A stretch of DNA of 64,000 nucleotides from Candidatus Bathyarchaeota archaeon (GTDB lineage Archaea > Thermoproteota > Bathyarchaeia > TCS64). Under the pieces are notes generated by a model, which was given only the letters and a program-made list of their open reading frames with translations, was not told the origin of the DNA and ran no database searches. The translations under genes and the position numbers were made by a program. Below, piece after piece: positions 20,459 to 31,119 of the stretch. Positions within the stretch are counted from its first letter, which is position 1; the number at the start of each line of letters is the position of its first letter. The stretch spans positions 64,001-128,000 of the forward strand of contig CAVYVF010000007.1 in NCBI GenBank assembly GCA_963771885.1. Direction: 5' to 3'.

Positions 20459-21109
20459 ATGAAAATACGTGCGCTGCTTTTCGATATGGATGGAACTCTC
20501 ACCGACTCGGAGCCCGCATGGTTCGACGCGTGCAATGATATGCTAATGCATTACAGGGAAAACAAGATCGGAAAAGAGGCGTATGAGCGCGACTTCGTCG
20601 GGACCACAGTAATTAAAAACATCGAAAAACTGTTCCCAGATTTTTCTCCGGAGGAACTGAAGCAGGCTGAGGAGAGGTACAAGGATGAATTCGAAAAGAG
20701 ACTTGACCAGATCCAGATAAAGGAGAACTCCATCGATGTGCTTGAACTCGTGAAGAAGAAAAACCTAAAGTGCGGGCTTGTAACGAACACGCCACGCAGA
20801 ATCGTGAACAAGGTTCTAAAGAAATTCGGCATCGACAGATTCTTTCAAGCAATCGTTTGCGAAGGCGATACCACGAGGGCAAAGCCTTTTCCAGACCCGG
20901 TTCTAAGAGGTTGCGAACTGTTATCGGTTCTTCCGGATGAAACCATCCTAATTGAGGACAGCGTGACTGGAGTCACAGCCGGAAAGGCGGCGGGTTGCTT
21001 TACGGTCGCGGTGACCGCAGTGATGAGAAAAGAGTTGTTGAAGGAAGCAGGCGCCGATATTGTGCTTGACGACATCGGCCAACTCTCCCAAATTTTAGCA
21101 GATGTGTAA
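20459..21109 (+). CDS. HAD-superfamily phosphatase
   Basis: FDMDGTL, LVTN, KPFPD, IEDS..GV.AG.AAG. Confidence 0.93.
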   Translation: MKIRALLFDMDGTLTDSEPAWFDACNDMLMHYRENKIGKEAYERDFVGTTVIKNIEKLFPDFSPEELKQAEERYKDEFEKRLDQIQIKENSIDVLELVKKKNLKCGLVTNTPRRIVNKVLKKFGIDRFFQAIVCEGDTTRAKPFPDPVLRGCELLSVLPDETILIEDSVTGVTAGKAAGCFTVAVTAVMRKELLKEAGADIVLDDIGQLSQILADV

Positions 21110-21427
21110 ACACGCGTTAGTGTGCTAATATATGCGTGTGAGATTCTTGGGGGCCCACGTGAACGTTGTGGTTCGACCTCGTGGTGTGTGGAGAAATGAC
21201 CGGCCTTTAGCGCCGCCACATTCACAGTCCTTCTCGGACGCACCCCACTCTCGAATCGAACATAGATCGTTAACACATATAAGATTCACGTAACAGTTAT
21301 CAGAACCAATTATCAGAATAATACCAACTACCACTGCATCGAGGCAAGATTCCCACGCTCGTAGTTCAATAGGCTTCGCCCGCAAAGGCTACATGTAATT
21401 TAATAAACATGAATCCTAAGAGACACT

Positions 21428-23188
21428 ATGAAAAAACCTGTCTGCAAAGGACTACGTGACGAAACCATAAACATCCTAATTGGAGGAGAAGCCGGACAGG
21501 GGATCACCAGAAGCGGGAACCTCCTAAGCCATGCATTGCTAAAGTCTGGATTGCACATTTTTGGAACAAACGAGTACCCTTCACTCATACGAGGAGGCCA
21601 TAACTATTACCAACTTAGAACATCAACAAGACCAGTCTACGCCCAAACCGAAAACATTGACATCCTCATTGCCCTCAACAAAGAAACAATCACCCTCCAC
21701 GAGCCCGAGATTAACCCCGGTGGAGACCTCTTAATCGATGAAACAATCAATATTACTCCTGAAGAGTTGGGGCGGAAAGACCTCCACATCTACAAGGTAC
21801 CGATGACCTCCACGGTCAAAGAACTTGGAGGCCCCGAAATTATGAGAAACACGGTCGCCTTAGGTGCAATTTTCTGTCTGTTGAACTTGGATAAAGTCAA
21901 TCTAGACGAGGTGGTAACAAGCACATTCTCCAAACCAGAGGTTCGCGATATGAACCTCAAGGCGGTAGACCGAGGTTACCAATGTGTAAAAAACGAGTCA
22001 AACAACTTTAACTGCGTCATCAATACCCCAAACAAATCTAATAGAATAATTGTGACTGGGAACGAGGCACTCTCCCTCGGAGCAGTATCAGCTGGACTCA
22101 GGTTCTTCGCCGCTTACCCAATGACCCCTGCTAGCCCCATTTTGGACTGGATGGTTGCGAATGGCCCTAAATCGGGAGTGATAGCGATTCAAGCTGAAAG
22201 CGAGATAGCCGTCATCAACATGGTTGTTGGGGCAAGCTATGCAGGAGTTCGAGCAATGACGGCTACTAGCGGAGGTGGCTTTAGCCTCATGACTGAGGGG
22301 CTCGGATTCGCTGCTATGTCGGAGAACCCCATAGTGATCAACATAGGGCAACGCCCCGGGCCAAGTACAGGTCTAGCGACGCACAGCAGTCAAGGTGACC
22401 TATTATTTGCTATTCATGCAAGCCAAGGCGAGTTTCCGAGAATTGTGCTCGCCCCCGGCGACATAGAGGAGTGCTTTACATTGACAAAACAAGCATTCAA
22501 TCTTTCAGAGAAGTACCAAATACCCGCAATTATATTGACCGACAAGTATCTGGCCGAGAGCGAACGAGACGTAGAACAATTCGATGAGACCTCGGTTCCA
22601 ATAGATAGAGGAAAAATGTACAACGTCCAAGAATGGAGTGGGGAATACAAGAGATATCTCGTTACCGATGACGGCGTCTCACCTAGGCTCATCCCAGGCA
22701 CCAGTGGCGCATTAATCAACTCGACCTCAAATGAACATAAAGAATCAGGCTTCTCAACATCTGCCCCCCGCGAGGTCACTGCTATGGTGAACAAGAGGCT
22801 CAGAAAGACGCCATTCATCGCTGAAGACGTCAACAAGCTTAACCCTGTAAAAAACATGGGAGATGAAGACGCCGAGGCCACGGTCTATAGTTGGGGAGGA
22901 AATAAGGGGCCTATCCTCGAAGCGATGAGATTATTAAGAGACGAAGGAGTGAAAATCAGATACACTCAAGTCGTTTACCTTGAACCCTTCCCAACTAAGA
23001 TAATGCAAGAGGACCTCCAAAAAACCACGAAAAACATACTTTTCGAATGTAACGCCACCGCCCAACTAGGGCAACTCGTAAAGATGCACACAGGCTATAC
23101 ATTCCAACACATTGGTCTTAGATACGACGGCAGACCCTTCAACCCCTCTGACATAGTCAAGAAAGTTAAGGAGGTAGTCAACAGATGA
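21428..23188 (+). CDS. korA: 2-oxoacid:ferredoxin oxidoreductase alpha subunit (gamma-alpha fusion)
   Basis: GGEAGQGI, YPSLIRGGH, YPMTPAS, ATSGGGFSLM, QRPGPSTG. Confidence 0.93.
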   Translation: MKKPVCKGLRDETINILIGGEAGQGITRSGNLLSHALLKSGLHIFGTNEYPSLIRGGHNYYQLRTSTRPVYAQTENIDILIALNKETITLHEPEINPGGDLLIDETINITPEELGRKDLHIYKVPMTSTVKELGGPEIMRNTVALGAIFCLLNLDKVNLDEVVTSTFSKPEVRDMNLKAVDRGYQCVKNESNNFNCVINTPNKSNRIIVTGNEALSLGAVSAGLRFFAAYPMTPASPILDWMVANGPKSGVIAIQAESEIAVINMVVGASYAGVRAMTATSGGGFSLMTEGLGFAAMSENPIVINIGQRPGPSTGLATHSSQGDLLFAIHASQGEFPRIVLAPGDIEECFTLTKQAFNLSEKYQIPAIILTDKYLAESERDVEQFDETSVPIDRGKMYNVQEWSGEYKRYLVTDDGVSPRLIPGTSGALINSTSNEHKESGFSTSAPREVTAMVNKRLRKTPFIAEDVNKLNPVKNMGDEDAEATVYSWGGNKGPILEAMRLLRDEGVKIRYTQVVYLEPFPTKIMQEDLQKTTKNILFECNATAQLGQLVKMHTGYTFQHIGLRYDGRPFNPSDIVKKVKEVVNR

Positions 23189-24036
23189 GCACCTCTGAGT
23201 TTGACACAGGAGAAAAAATCACCTGGTGCCCTGGCTGTGGCAACTTCGGTATACTAAACGCTGTGAAACAGGCTCTCCAGCAACTCGGTCTTCCCCAGGA
23301 AAAAGTTGTAGAGGTCTCAGGGATTGGCTGCCACGGGAAAATTACTGATTATGTCAAAGTAAACACGCTACATGTTATCCATGGTAGGGTGCTACCAGCG
23401 GCAACTGCGATAAAATTAGTTAACCACGAACTAACAGTCATCGGAAACGCGGGAGACGGCGATGCGTTTGGGATAGGGCTCGGACACTTTGCCCACGCTG
23501 CGCGAAGAAACATCCCCATCACATACTTAACACATGATAACATGGTCTACGGGTTGACTACCGGACAAACGAGCCCAACTAGTCAACCAGGTTTTAAAAC
23601 GAAGACATCGCCGCAAGGTGTATTCGAGGAAGCAATCAACCCCATTGCGCAGGCCCTCGCAGCTAACACAAGCTTTGTGGCAAGGGGCTACGCTGGTGAC
23701 TTGAAACAGCTTGTAGAAATCTTGAAACAAGCGCTAACCTGGAGGGGTTTCAGCTTCATAGACATCCTTCAACCCTGCGTCACCTTCAACAAGTTAAACA
23801 CATACGAGTATTATCAGAAACGCGTATACCGGCTGGAGGAAATTGATTATGACCCAACAGATATTGAATCTGCAATAAAAAAGTCCTATGAGTGGAGTGA
23901 CAAGATACCCTTAGGAATCATATACAAACAGGAAAGGCCAACTTACCTCGAAGCATTTCCCCAACTAAAAGAAGGCGCTTTAACATTCCAACAATTGAGA
24001 CCTTCCATCAAGGACTTGTTAGAAGAGTACAGATAG
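23185..24036 (+). CDS. korB: 2-oxoacid:ferredoxin oxidoreductase beta subunit
   Basis: WCPGCGNFG, SGIGC, GDGD, YGLTTGQTSPT, QPCVTFN. Confidence 0.94.
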   Translation: MSTSEFDTGEKITWCPGCGNFGILNAVKQALQQLGLPQEKVVEVSGIGCHGKITDYVKVNTLHVIHGRVLPAATAIKLVNHELTVIGNAGDGDAFGIGLGHFAHAARRNIPITYLTHDNMVYGLTTGQTSPTSQPGFKTKTSPQGVFEEAINPIAQALAANTSFVARGYAGDLKQLVEILKQALTWRGFSFIDILQPCVTFNKLNTYEYYQKRVYRLEEIDYDPTDIESAIKKSYEWSDKIPLGIIYKQERPTYLEAFPQLKEGALTFQQLRPSIKDLLEEYR

Positions 24037-24177
24037 AAAGTGTGACCCATAGGAAACGCAAGCAGTCATCCATGCGCGCGATTAGAAGGTTTGACCTTGT
24101 GACCCGCGAGCACGTGTTAGGGTCTAGTTACTTCTTAACGTTTAATAACGTTCCTCCGGAATAGTACTCGATCAAGT

Positions 24178-24480
24178 ATGAGGGTCTACGAGGAAGTTAT
24201 GAGTAAGATCATCGTTGACGCGATGGGAAACGAGATCGGGAAGGTAGATGACGTCGAAATCGATCTTGAATCTAAGAAGGTCGAGGCCATAATAGTAAAG
24301 GGCAAGGGTATGCTAACTAAGCAATTTCAAGCCGAGAAGCTCGCCTCCATCATGAAGAGGCTAAGGATCTCCAAGACCGAGGATCTTCTCATTCCTTTCG
24401 ACGAGGTCCAAGCCATAGGTAAATACATCGTGCTAAAGAGCACTATCGAGGACGCGGGCACGCCTCCGACCACTGAGTAA
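24178..24480 (+). CDS. PRC-barrel domain protein
   Basis: GNEIGKVDDVEID...LIPFDEVQAIGKYIVL. Confidence 0.85.
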   Translation: MRVYEEVMSKIIVDAMGNEIGKVDDVEIDLESKKVEAIIVKGKGMLTKQFQAEKLASIMKRLRISKTEDLLIPFDEVQAIGKYIVLKSTIEDAGTPPTTE

Positions 24481-24602
24481 CCATGCGCGTGCGCAGGCCA
24501 GACTCTTGTCCCTGTCCCCATTAACCTAATTCTATATACTGTAATACGCGTCACGTATCTAGTTTAAAAAAGGGTAGAACCAATTCATACCGGTCTCCCC
24601 CG

Positions 24603-25973
24603 ATGCATGCATCCGAGAAGACGTACGACGTCGTCATAATAGGTGGCGGCCCGGCTGGTTACATCGCCGCGAATAAGGCAGCGCAACGCGGCGCAAGCGT
24701 GGCGCTCATCGAGAAGGACATTCTCGGCGGCACATGCGTCAACCGGGGTTGCGTCCCTACCAAGGCTTTGGTTAACATAGTCAAGTGGAAGGGTACCTCC
24801 GAGAAGCTGACGCGATTCGGCATCTCCGCTGACGCGTCGAACCTCAGCCTCGGCAAAGTTATGGACGAGGCGAGGCGCGTCTCCTCGGAGATTCGCAGCC
24901 AGATTCAGGAGATGATCGAGCACAACGGTGTTATAGTCTATAATGGCGTCGGGCGTCTCGTCGGAGAGCGCCTCGTCGAGGTGGAGTCGGGGAGCGCCAA
25001 GACCCGCCTCTCGGCGAAGGCAGTCATAATCGCCACTGGTTCTAGCCCCTTCATACCTCCGATCCCCGGCGCAGACTCGCCTGGAGTCTATACCAGCGAC
25101 AACGTCTACGTCCTCAACGACCTCCCCAAGCGCCTCACCGTCATCGGCGCGGGCGCCGTCGGCCTCGAGTGGGCCTCCATCTTCCACGGACTCGGCTCCG
25201 AGGTCAATATCATCGAGATGCTTGGCGACATCCTTCCTCGTGAGTCTGGTGACGAGGTCAAGATAATGCTAAGGGAGATGATGGAGGAGTCCGGCGTCAC
25301 CATCCTCACCGCCACGAAGGTCAACAAGATAGAGAAAACGGCGGACGGGCTGCGTGCCGTCCTCACGAGCGGGGTGAGCGTCGACTCAGACATCATCCTC
25401 ATGGCCGGCGGCAGGGCGACAAACAACAAGGGGCTGGGAATAGAGAACTACGCCGATATGGAGAGGGGCTTCGTCAAGGTCGACGGTGGGATGAGGACAC
25501 GTTCCCCGTGGCTATACGCTATCGGCGACTCCGTGGGGAAGTGGATGCTCGCCCACGTTGCAATGCACGAGGGGCTCATAGCGGGGGAGAACGCCACGGG
25601 AGGCGACGCGCAGATTAGCTACACAGCGGTGCCCCGCTGCGTCTTCACGGCGCCCGAGATAGCCTTCGTTGGAGTAGATGAGGATGAGGCGGAGAAGCTC
25701 GGCTTCGAGCCACGCTCTGTCCTCTATCCGATGAGGATTAACTGTAGGGCCCTGACGCTTGGGGAGAACAGGGGAATGATAAAGCTCGTCTACGGAGCCA
25801 AGGATAGAGTGGTGGTTGGTGCCCAGATGCTTGGTCCTGATGTCAGCGAGCTGGCGGCCGAGGTCTCACTCGCGATAGTCAAGCGAGCCACACTCGATGA
25901 CCTGCGTAAGACTATTCATGCACATCCAACGCTCGGCGAGGCTATCTGGGAGTCTAGTCTTAGAGCCCCATGA
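24603..25973 (+). CDS. lpdA: Dihydrolipoamide dehydrogenase
   Basis: GGGPAG, GGTCVNRGCVP redox disulfide, GAGAVGLE, HAHPTLGE. Confidence 0.88.
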   Translation: MHASEKTYDVVIIGGGPAGYIAANKAAQRGASVALIEKDILGGTCVNRGCVPTKALVNIVKWKGTSEKLTRFGISADASNLSLGKVMDEARRVSSEIRSQIQEMIEHNGVIVYNGVGRLVGERLVEVESGSAKTRLSAKAVIIATGSSPFIPPIPGADSPGVYTSDNVYVLNDLPKRLTVIGAGAVGLEWASIFHGLGSEVNIIEMLGDILPRESGDEVKIMLREMMEESGVTILTATKVNKIEKTADGLRAVLTSGVSVDSDIILMAGGRATNNKGLGIENYADMERGFVKVDGGMRTRSPWLYAIGDSVGKWMLAHVAMHEGLIAGENATGGDAQISYTAVPRCVFTAPEIAFVGVDEDEAEKLGFEPRSVLYPMRINCRALTLGENRGMIKLVYGAKDRVVVGAQMLGPDVSELAAEVSLAIVKRATLDDLRKTIHAHPTLGEAIWESSLRAP

Positions 25974-26133
25974 CGCGAAACCCGCTCTTTTCACTCATTT
26001 TGCCTCGTTCCCTGCATCTTGTTCCATATTTATTGAAAGGACTTGAAGTGCGTGCTGCAACCATAGGCGCATGAATCGCGCACTAAACATAAGGATAAAA
26101 TAACAGTCCACATTCATTTTAAAATGACCACAT

Positions 26134-26235
26134 ATGCCGTGTAAATGCAAAGATTGTGGCGAAGTCTTCCCGAGTGCTAAGAAAAGAGATGAACACATAG
26201 CTAAAGCACACCCGGAGAAGAAAAAGCCAAAATAG
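26134..26235 (+). CDS. 33-aa single C2H2 zinc-finger microprotein (below ORF-track cutoff)
   Basis: MPCKCKDCGEVFPSAKKRDEHIAKAHPEKKKPK*: C-x2-C-x3-F-x8-H-x4-H; AT-rich upstream, hairpin and T-run downstream. Confidence 0.75.
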   Translation: MPCKCKDCGEVFPSAKKRDEHIAKAHPEKKKPK

Positions 26236-26399
26236 AACCCTACATATAGCCCACTTCAGAAGCTGGGGCTGAAATTTTTTCAATTACTCACCTAAATTAT
26301 GCAAAGGAGGTCTTATAACCCGCTGATTTATTCTCAGCGACGCGCGCTCGAGAGCCTCTTATTAGCCTCCTAAGCATAGTTCAGGTTGGGTGGACCAAG

Positions 26400-27566
26400 T
26401 TACCCACGAACCTCCCACCGCTGGCGAAGGAGAAGTGGAACGAGGTCACCCTCACACGCAACCCCGAGGAACGTCTACGCCTCATGGAGGAGTTCCTCCG
26501 ACTTGTACCCAAACACCACGGAACCGACCGGATGATAAGCCAGGTCAAGAAGCAGATGGCGATCCTCCGAGAGGACATTGACAAGAAGAAGAAACAGCAG
26601 AAGACAGGGAGCGCTTCCTCCTACTTCGTCCCAAAGGCTGGGGCGGCGCAAGTCGCCGTAGTCGGGCCGACGAACGTGGGGCGAAGCAGCCTACTGCGGG
26701 CCGTCACGAACGCCCAGGTAGAGGTCACCCCATACCCCTATGGGACGAAAGCACCCGTACCCGGTATGCTTCCCTTCGAGGACATACAGTTCCAGCTCGT
26801 CGAGGTCCCAGCTCTAGTCGAGGGGAGCAGCGAGGGGCGCGCTGATGGCTTCATGAAGCTCAGCGTCGCCCGAAACGCGGATGCGGTAATAATCGTCGTT
26901 GACGTGCGTGATGACCCCGCCGGCAACTTCCTCATGATCGCGGGGGAACTGGCGAACAGCAGGATACTCGTCGCTCCCCCGGAGGGTGAGGTGGAGATAG
27001 AGAAGAGATCCGGAACTCAGATTCAGTTCCTATGGGAGGGTGAGCTCGTCGACTGTTCCACCGAGGAGGTGATCGCTCTGCTCAACGGATACAAGATTCG
27101 CAGCGCCCTCGTCAAGATCAAGGGAAGGGTAAACATGGAGGCCGTCGAGGACGCGATCTTCGGCAACACAGTCTACCGCCCCACCCTCGTACTCGCCAAT
27201 AAGTCGGACCTCCGCCCCGACCGCCAGTTGATGGAGCAGCTAAGGGTGGCAGCTGAGCCCCTCGAGGTAATAGTCGCTTCTGCCGAGCACACCTCCGGCT
27301 TGGCGAAGATACTGGGCGAAAAGCTCTTCAAGCTCCTCAACGTGACGCGCATCTACACAAGGGAGCCGGGAAAGGAGCCCGCGAAGGTCCCTATGGTCTT
27401 CAAGGGGGCAGTCACCGTCGGGGAGCTAGCTCTCACAATCCACAACGACTTTTACAGGAACTTCAAGTACGCTCGCATATCTGGCCCCGCTGCCAAGTTT
27501 CCAAATGAGAAGGTTGGGCTAGACCGGAAGCTTACCGACGGAACGATCATTCAGCTGCGTGCCTGA
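26400..27566 (+). CDS. DRG/OBG-family GTPase-like protein with TGS domain (conserved N-term begins at a TTA codon)
   Basis: PTNLPP, VPKHHGT, GPTNVGRSS, NKSD, TGS-like C-term (IHNDFYRNFKYARI). Confidence 0.88.
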   Translation, partial: LPTNLPPLAKEKWNEVTLTRNPEERLRLMEEFLRLVPKHHGTDRMISQVKKQMAILREDIDKKKKQQKTGSASSYFVPKAGAAQVAVVGPTNVGRSSLLRAVTNAQVEVTPYPYGTKAPVPGMLPFEDIQFQLVEVPALVEGSSEGRADGFMKLSVARNADAVIIVVDVRDDPAGNFLMIAGELANSRILVAPPEGEVEIEKRSGTQIQFLWEGELVDCSTEEVIALLNGYKIRSALVKIKGRVNMEAVEDAIFGNTVYRPTLVLANKSDLRPDRQLMEQLRVAAEPLEVIVASAEHTSGLAKILGEKLFKLLNVTRIYTREPGKEPAKVPMVFKGAVTVGELALTIHNDFYRNFKYARISGPAAKFPNEKVGLDRKLTDGTIIQLRA

Positions 27567-27601
27567 AGCCCGTTAAATATCGACACCGTCACAGTTACAC
27601 C

Positions 27602-27961
27602 ATGGTCAACCTCGGACTCGACCACGTACACCTCTACGTCAAGGACTTGGAAGAGGCGCTTACATTCTATCGGATGATTGGGCTGGAGTTCGTCGAGTAC
27701 ACGAGCCACGGCGGTAAGGCGGCTATGATGAGGGTGCCTGGCTCGCCCGTCCAGTTTGAGATACAGGAGACACGTGTCATTGAGAACCCGGGGCTCAACC
27801 ACCTTGCCTTCCTAGTCGATGATCTCGATGACCTCTGCGACAGCTACAAGGCAAACGGTGTCGATGTGGACGGTCCCCTCGATAACAAGGCTACGGGGCG
27901 ACGCCTCGCCACCATTAGGGATCCTCACGGGTTCCTAATACAGCTCGTTCAGAGGGCGTGA
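27602..27961 (+). CDS. VOC/glyoxalase family protein
   Basis: LDHVHLYV, LNHLAFLV, RDPHG. Confidence 0.9.
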   Translation: MVNLGLDHVHLYVKDLEEALTFYRMIGLEFVEYTSHGGKAAMMRVPGSPVQFEIQETRVIENPGLNHLAFLVDDLDDLCDSYKANGVDVDGPLDNKATGRRLATIRDPHGFLIQLVQRA

Positions 27962-28879
27962 CTACCTCCGCCTTAGGCGTGCCATGCGCCTCTCGTAGAC
28001 ATTCACGGCGCTGATTTTTCCCTTCTTGTCCGTGGCGAAGACAACCTCGTAGGTCCCGAAGTCACCAAACGTGAAGGCGTCGACACCACAAGGCTTTAGA
28101 GGCAACTCCTTACTGCCGCTTGTCGCCAACGCGATGTGTAGCCGTCCTTCCTTAACGTAGACCTCGGCGGAGTTCTCCTTCGAGGTATACTGCCCCACGT
28201 ACTTTTCGGGTTGTTTCGGCGCAGGTGTCTCGGCATAGCTGAACCGCTCTGGCTAAGCATCCACTTGTACAGCCTCTCGTTAAGGTAGGTTTCGCTCCAG
28301 CTGTCATGGTCCGCTTCTGGGTAGACCGTGTACTTGACGTTCCCATACTTCCTCAGAGCCTTCTTCATGTCGTCGGAGTGCTTGATGGGCACGACGCTGT
28401 CCTTCGCGCCGTGGAATATCCAGGTGGGCATATGGCGCAGCTTCCACGCCGAAGCGGGGTCGCCCCGCCCACAGATGGGGGCGATGGCCGCGAATAGTTC
28501 GGGGTACCTCGAAGCGGTCTCCCAGGTACCATAGCCTCCCATACTCAGCCCAGTGAGATAGACACGCTCCGGGTCGACCCTCAAGGAGGAGATAAGCTCC
28601 CTCGTTAACCCGGCGACCATGTCCGGTGACCACCATTCACCGAGGGCGAGTTGGGGCGACGCGACTATGAATGGGTACTTCTTCCCCGCCTGGATGAGCT
28701 TCGGTGGTCCATGTACCTTGACGAGTTCGAGGTCGTTGCCTCGTTCACCCGCGCCATGCAGGAAGATGAGTGAGAGGCCAAACCCCTCCGTTCGGCTCGT
28801 AACCCTCGGGGAGGTAGAGTAGGTACCTCATTTCCCTCGAAAAGGTTCGCTTCGCCTGCTTCGTGGATGTTTTTACCAT
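27962..28879 (-). CDS. Alpha/beta-hydrolase (phospholipase/carboxylesterase-like), several frameshifts
   Basis: YLLYLP, FLHGAGERG, GLSMGG nucleophile elbow, FHGAKD, H.SW across joined frames. Confidence 0.8.
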
Positions 28880-29126
28880 TGCATAAATGTCTATTCAACT
28901 TAGCATAAGTGTTGCCACGAAGGAATTTGCGTGAGATACTTGACGAAGAAAAACAGTCTAATCTGTTTGATTTCGGATTTAGTTGGTAATGATTTCATAG
29001 AGTAATTAAGTGAAGCCTAGCAATTCTTTGACATTTTCATATGAACCACACAGAAATCTTATTATTAAATCCCTTAATAATAACCAACACCATCCAATAC
29101 CGTACTAAAGACCAGCTGGACTCCTT

Positions 29127-31025
29127 ATGGATCTGAAGCGGTTACGAGATATTATTATCGGCGCACCACTTAGAACCCTAGAATACGGGGAGCGACAGCT
29201 GAATAAGCTGCGAGCGCTAGCGGCACTTTCGCCTGATTCACTCTCCTCAATCGCTTACGCAAACCAGGAGATATACATCGCGTTAGCGGCTGCCGGAGCA
29301 ATCGGGTTATCGATGTCTTTTACGATAACTCTAGCCATTATAGCCATACTCATAATACTAACCCTCTCCTACTACCAGACTATCCACGGGTACCCATCAG
29401 GAGGGGGATCATACACAGTTGCCCGTGAAAACCTCGGCGAGAAAGCAGGCCTAGTCGCAGCTATGGCTCTAGTTATAGACTACATACTAGTGGTAGCCGT
29501 TAGCCTTACTGCGGGGGTTGAAGCCATCGGGTCAGCATTCCCCGCGTTACTTCCACATCGCATTGAGGTTTCACTGTTAATCCTCATCGTGCTTGTGATC
29601 ATAAACTTACGAGGTGCACGCGAAGCTGGTACTGTAATGGCTGTTCCTGTTTACCTATTCTTATTCACATACATCCCCATGCTCGCATACGGGGCTTGGA
29701 TCGCCATGATTGAGGGTCCGGGTAACCTCGCAGCCGTTGCTCCCCCCGCGCTAGAACCACTTACCCTCGTACTGCTATTACACGCCTTCTCCTCCGGGTG
29801 CACAGCTTTAACCGGGGTCGAGGCGATAAGCAATGCTGTCCCAGCATTCGAGGAACCCAAATCGAAGAATGCAGGTAAAACTCTAATTGTTATGTCTTTT
29901 ATCGTAGGATTGCTCTTCATAGGCAGCACGGGGCTCACACAATATCTTGCAGTCATCCCCATGGGCCATGAGACCATCCTATCAGCACTATCACACCGCA
30001 TCCTCGGAGAAGGACCGCTGTATATCCTAATTCAAATATCTACATTGCTAATACTTGCGGTAGCGGCAAACACGAGTTTCACAGATTTTCCACGTGTTGC
30101 AGCTCTGCTAGCAAAAGACAGCTACATTGCCCGACAGCTATCAAATCTTGGTGACAGACTCGTATTCTCAAATGGGATCTTACTGCTCTCAGCCATAGCC
30201 GCCATCCTAATAATCGCTTTCAACGGTCAATCTCACCCGCTCGTTCCCCTCTTCGCAGTAGGTGCATTCCTCTCCTTCACTCTTTCACAGGCGGGTATGG
30301 TCGTTCACTGGTGGAGGATCAGGGGACGATACTGGCAATGGAAATCCATAATCAATGGAGTGGGCTCCTTCACTACCCTATCTGCACTCACAATTATAGG
30401 AGTAAGCAAATTCGTCGACGGTGCCTGGATGACGTTCATCATCATTCCAATAGGCGTCATCGCGTTCCTGCGTATACGCCAGTACTATAGAGAATTCGAC
30501 ATCCAGATGTCGCCAATTGCCATCGAGCACCTCCCGAGGCTTGGTAGATCTCTTGAGCGTGCTGCAATACCCGTTTCGCACATCAACCAGGGGACCGTCG
30601 ATGCTGTCGTCTTAGCCAGCAGGATAGCGGGAGAAGTCATAGGCGTACACATTGAAGTCACTGAGGGGAGTGGTGCCCCACTAGAAGCTGAGTGGAAGAG
30701 TCTTTGGCCAAAAATACCATTCTTCATCGTCCCCTCACCTTACCGATCAGTGACCGAACCACTGATCGAATTCCTTGAAAAAAGCGACATGATGAATAGC
30801 TGGGAGCCGACCGCAGTCGTGTTACCCGCATTTGTTACTGAGAAGTGGTGGCAAGCAGTTCTTCATAACCAGACGACATGGTGGATCAGGCAGGCAGTCC
30901 TCGAAGCTAATCGAATCTCAGGAGTTGAGCGTGCAATAATCGAGGTGCCTCATCTTCTACAGCACAGAGAATTTAATCCAACACAGTTATTTGACAATGG
31001 GAAGCATTCAGAATCCCCAAATTAA
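29127..31025 (+). CDS. APC-superfamily KimA/YdaO-like K+ transporter
   Basis: DSLSSIAYA, YPSGGGSY, GCTALTGVEAISN, LFAVG.FLSFTLSQ, SPYRSV, WWQ.VLHNQT. Confidence 0.88.
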   Translation: MDLKRLRDIIIGAPLRTLEYGERQLNKLRALAALSPDSLSSIAYANQEIYIALAAAGAIGLSMSFTITLAIIAILIILTLSYYQTIHGYPSGGGSYTVARENLGEKAGLVAAMALVIDYILVVAVSLTAGVEAIGSAFPALLPHRIEVSLLILIVLVIINLRGAREAGTVMAVPVYLFLFTYIPMLAYGAWIAMIEGPGNLAAVAPPALEPLTLVLLLHAFSSGCTALTGVEAISNAVPAFEEPKSKNAGKTLIVMSFIVGLLFIGSTGLTQYLAVIPMGHETILSALSHRILGEGPLYILIQISTLLILAVAANTSFTDFPRVAALLAKDSYIARQLSNLGDRLVFSNGILLLSAIAAILIIAFNGQSHPLVPLFAVGAFLSFTLSQAGMVVHWWRIRGRYWQWKSIINGVGSFTTLSALTIIGVSKFVDGAWMTFIIIPIGVIAFLRIRQYYREFDIQMSPIAIEHLPRLGRSLERAAIPVSHINQGTVDAVVLASRIAGEVIGVHIEVTEGSGAPLEAEWKSLWPKIPFFIVPSPYRSVTEPLIEFLEKSDMMNSWEPTAVVLPAFVTEKWWQAVLHNQTTWWIRQAVLEANRISGVERAIIEVPHLLQHREFNPTQLFDNGKHSESPN

Positions 31026-31119
31026 GTATTATTTCAAGTTTAGTTTAGTTACTTAGAATTATATGAGGTTGCGAAAACCCTTATATTAAACGAGCCTATG
31101 GTAAATCCGTAACTCAACT

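Noticed and set aside
28900..29126. c-di-AMP (ydaO) riboswitch upstream of the KimA-like gene
   Set aside because: The leader is AT-rich and lacks the G/C-rich paired elements of that riboswitch.
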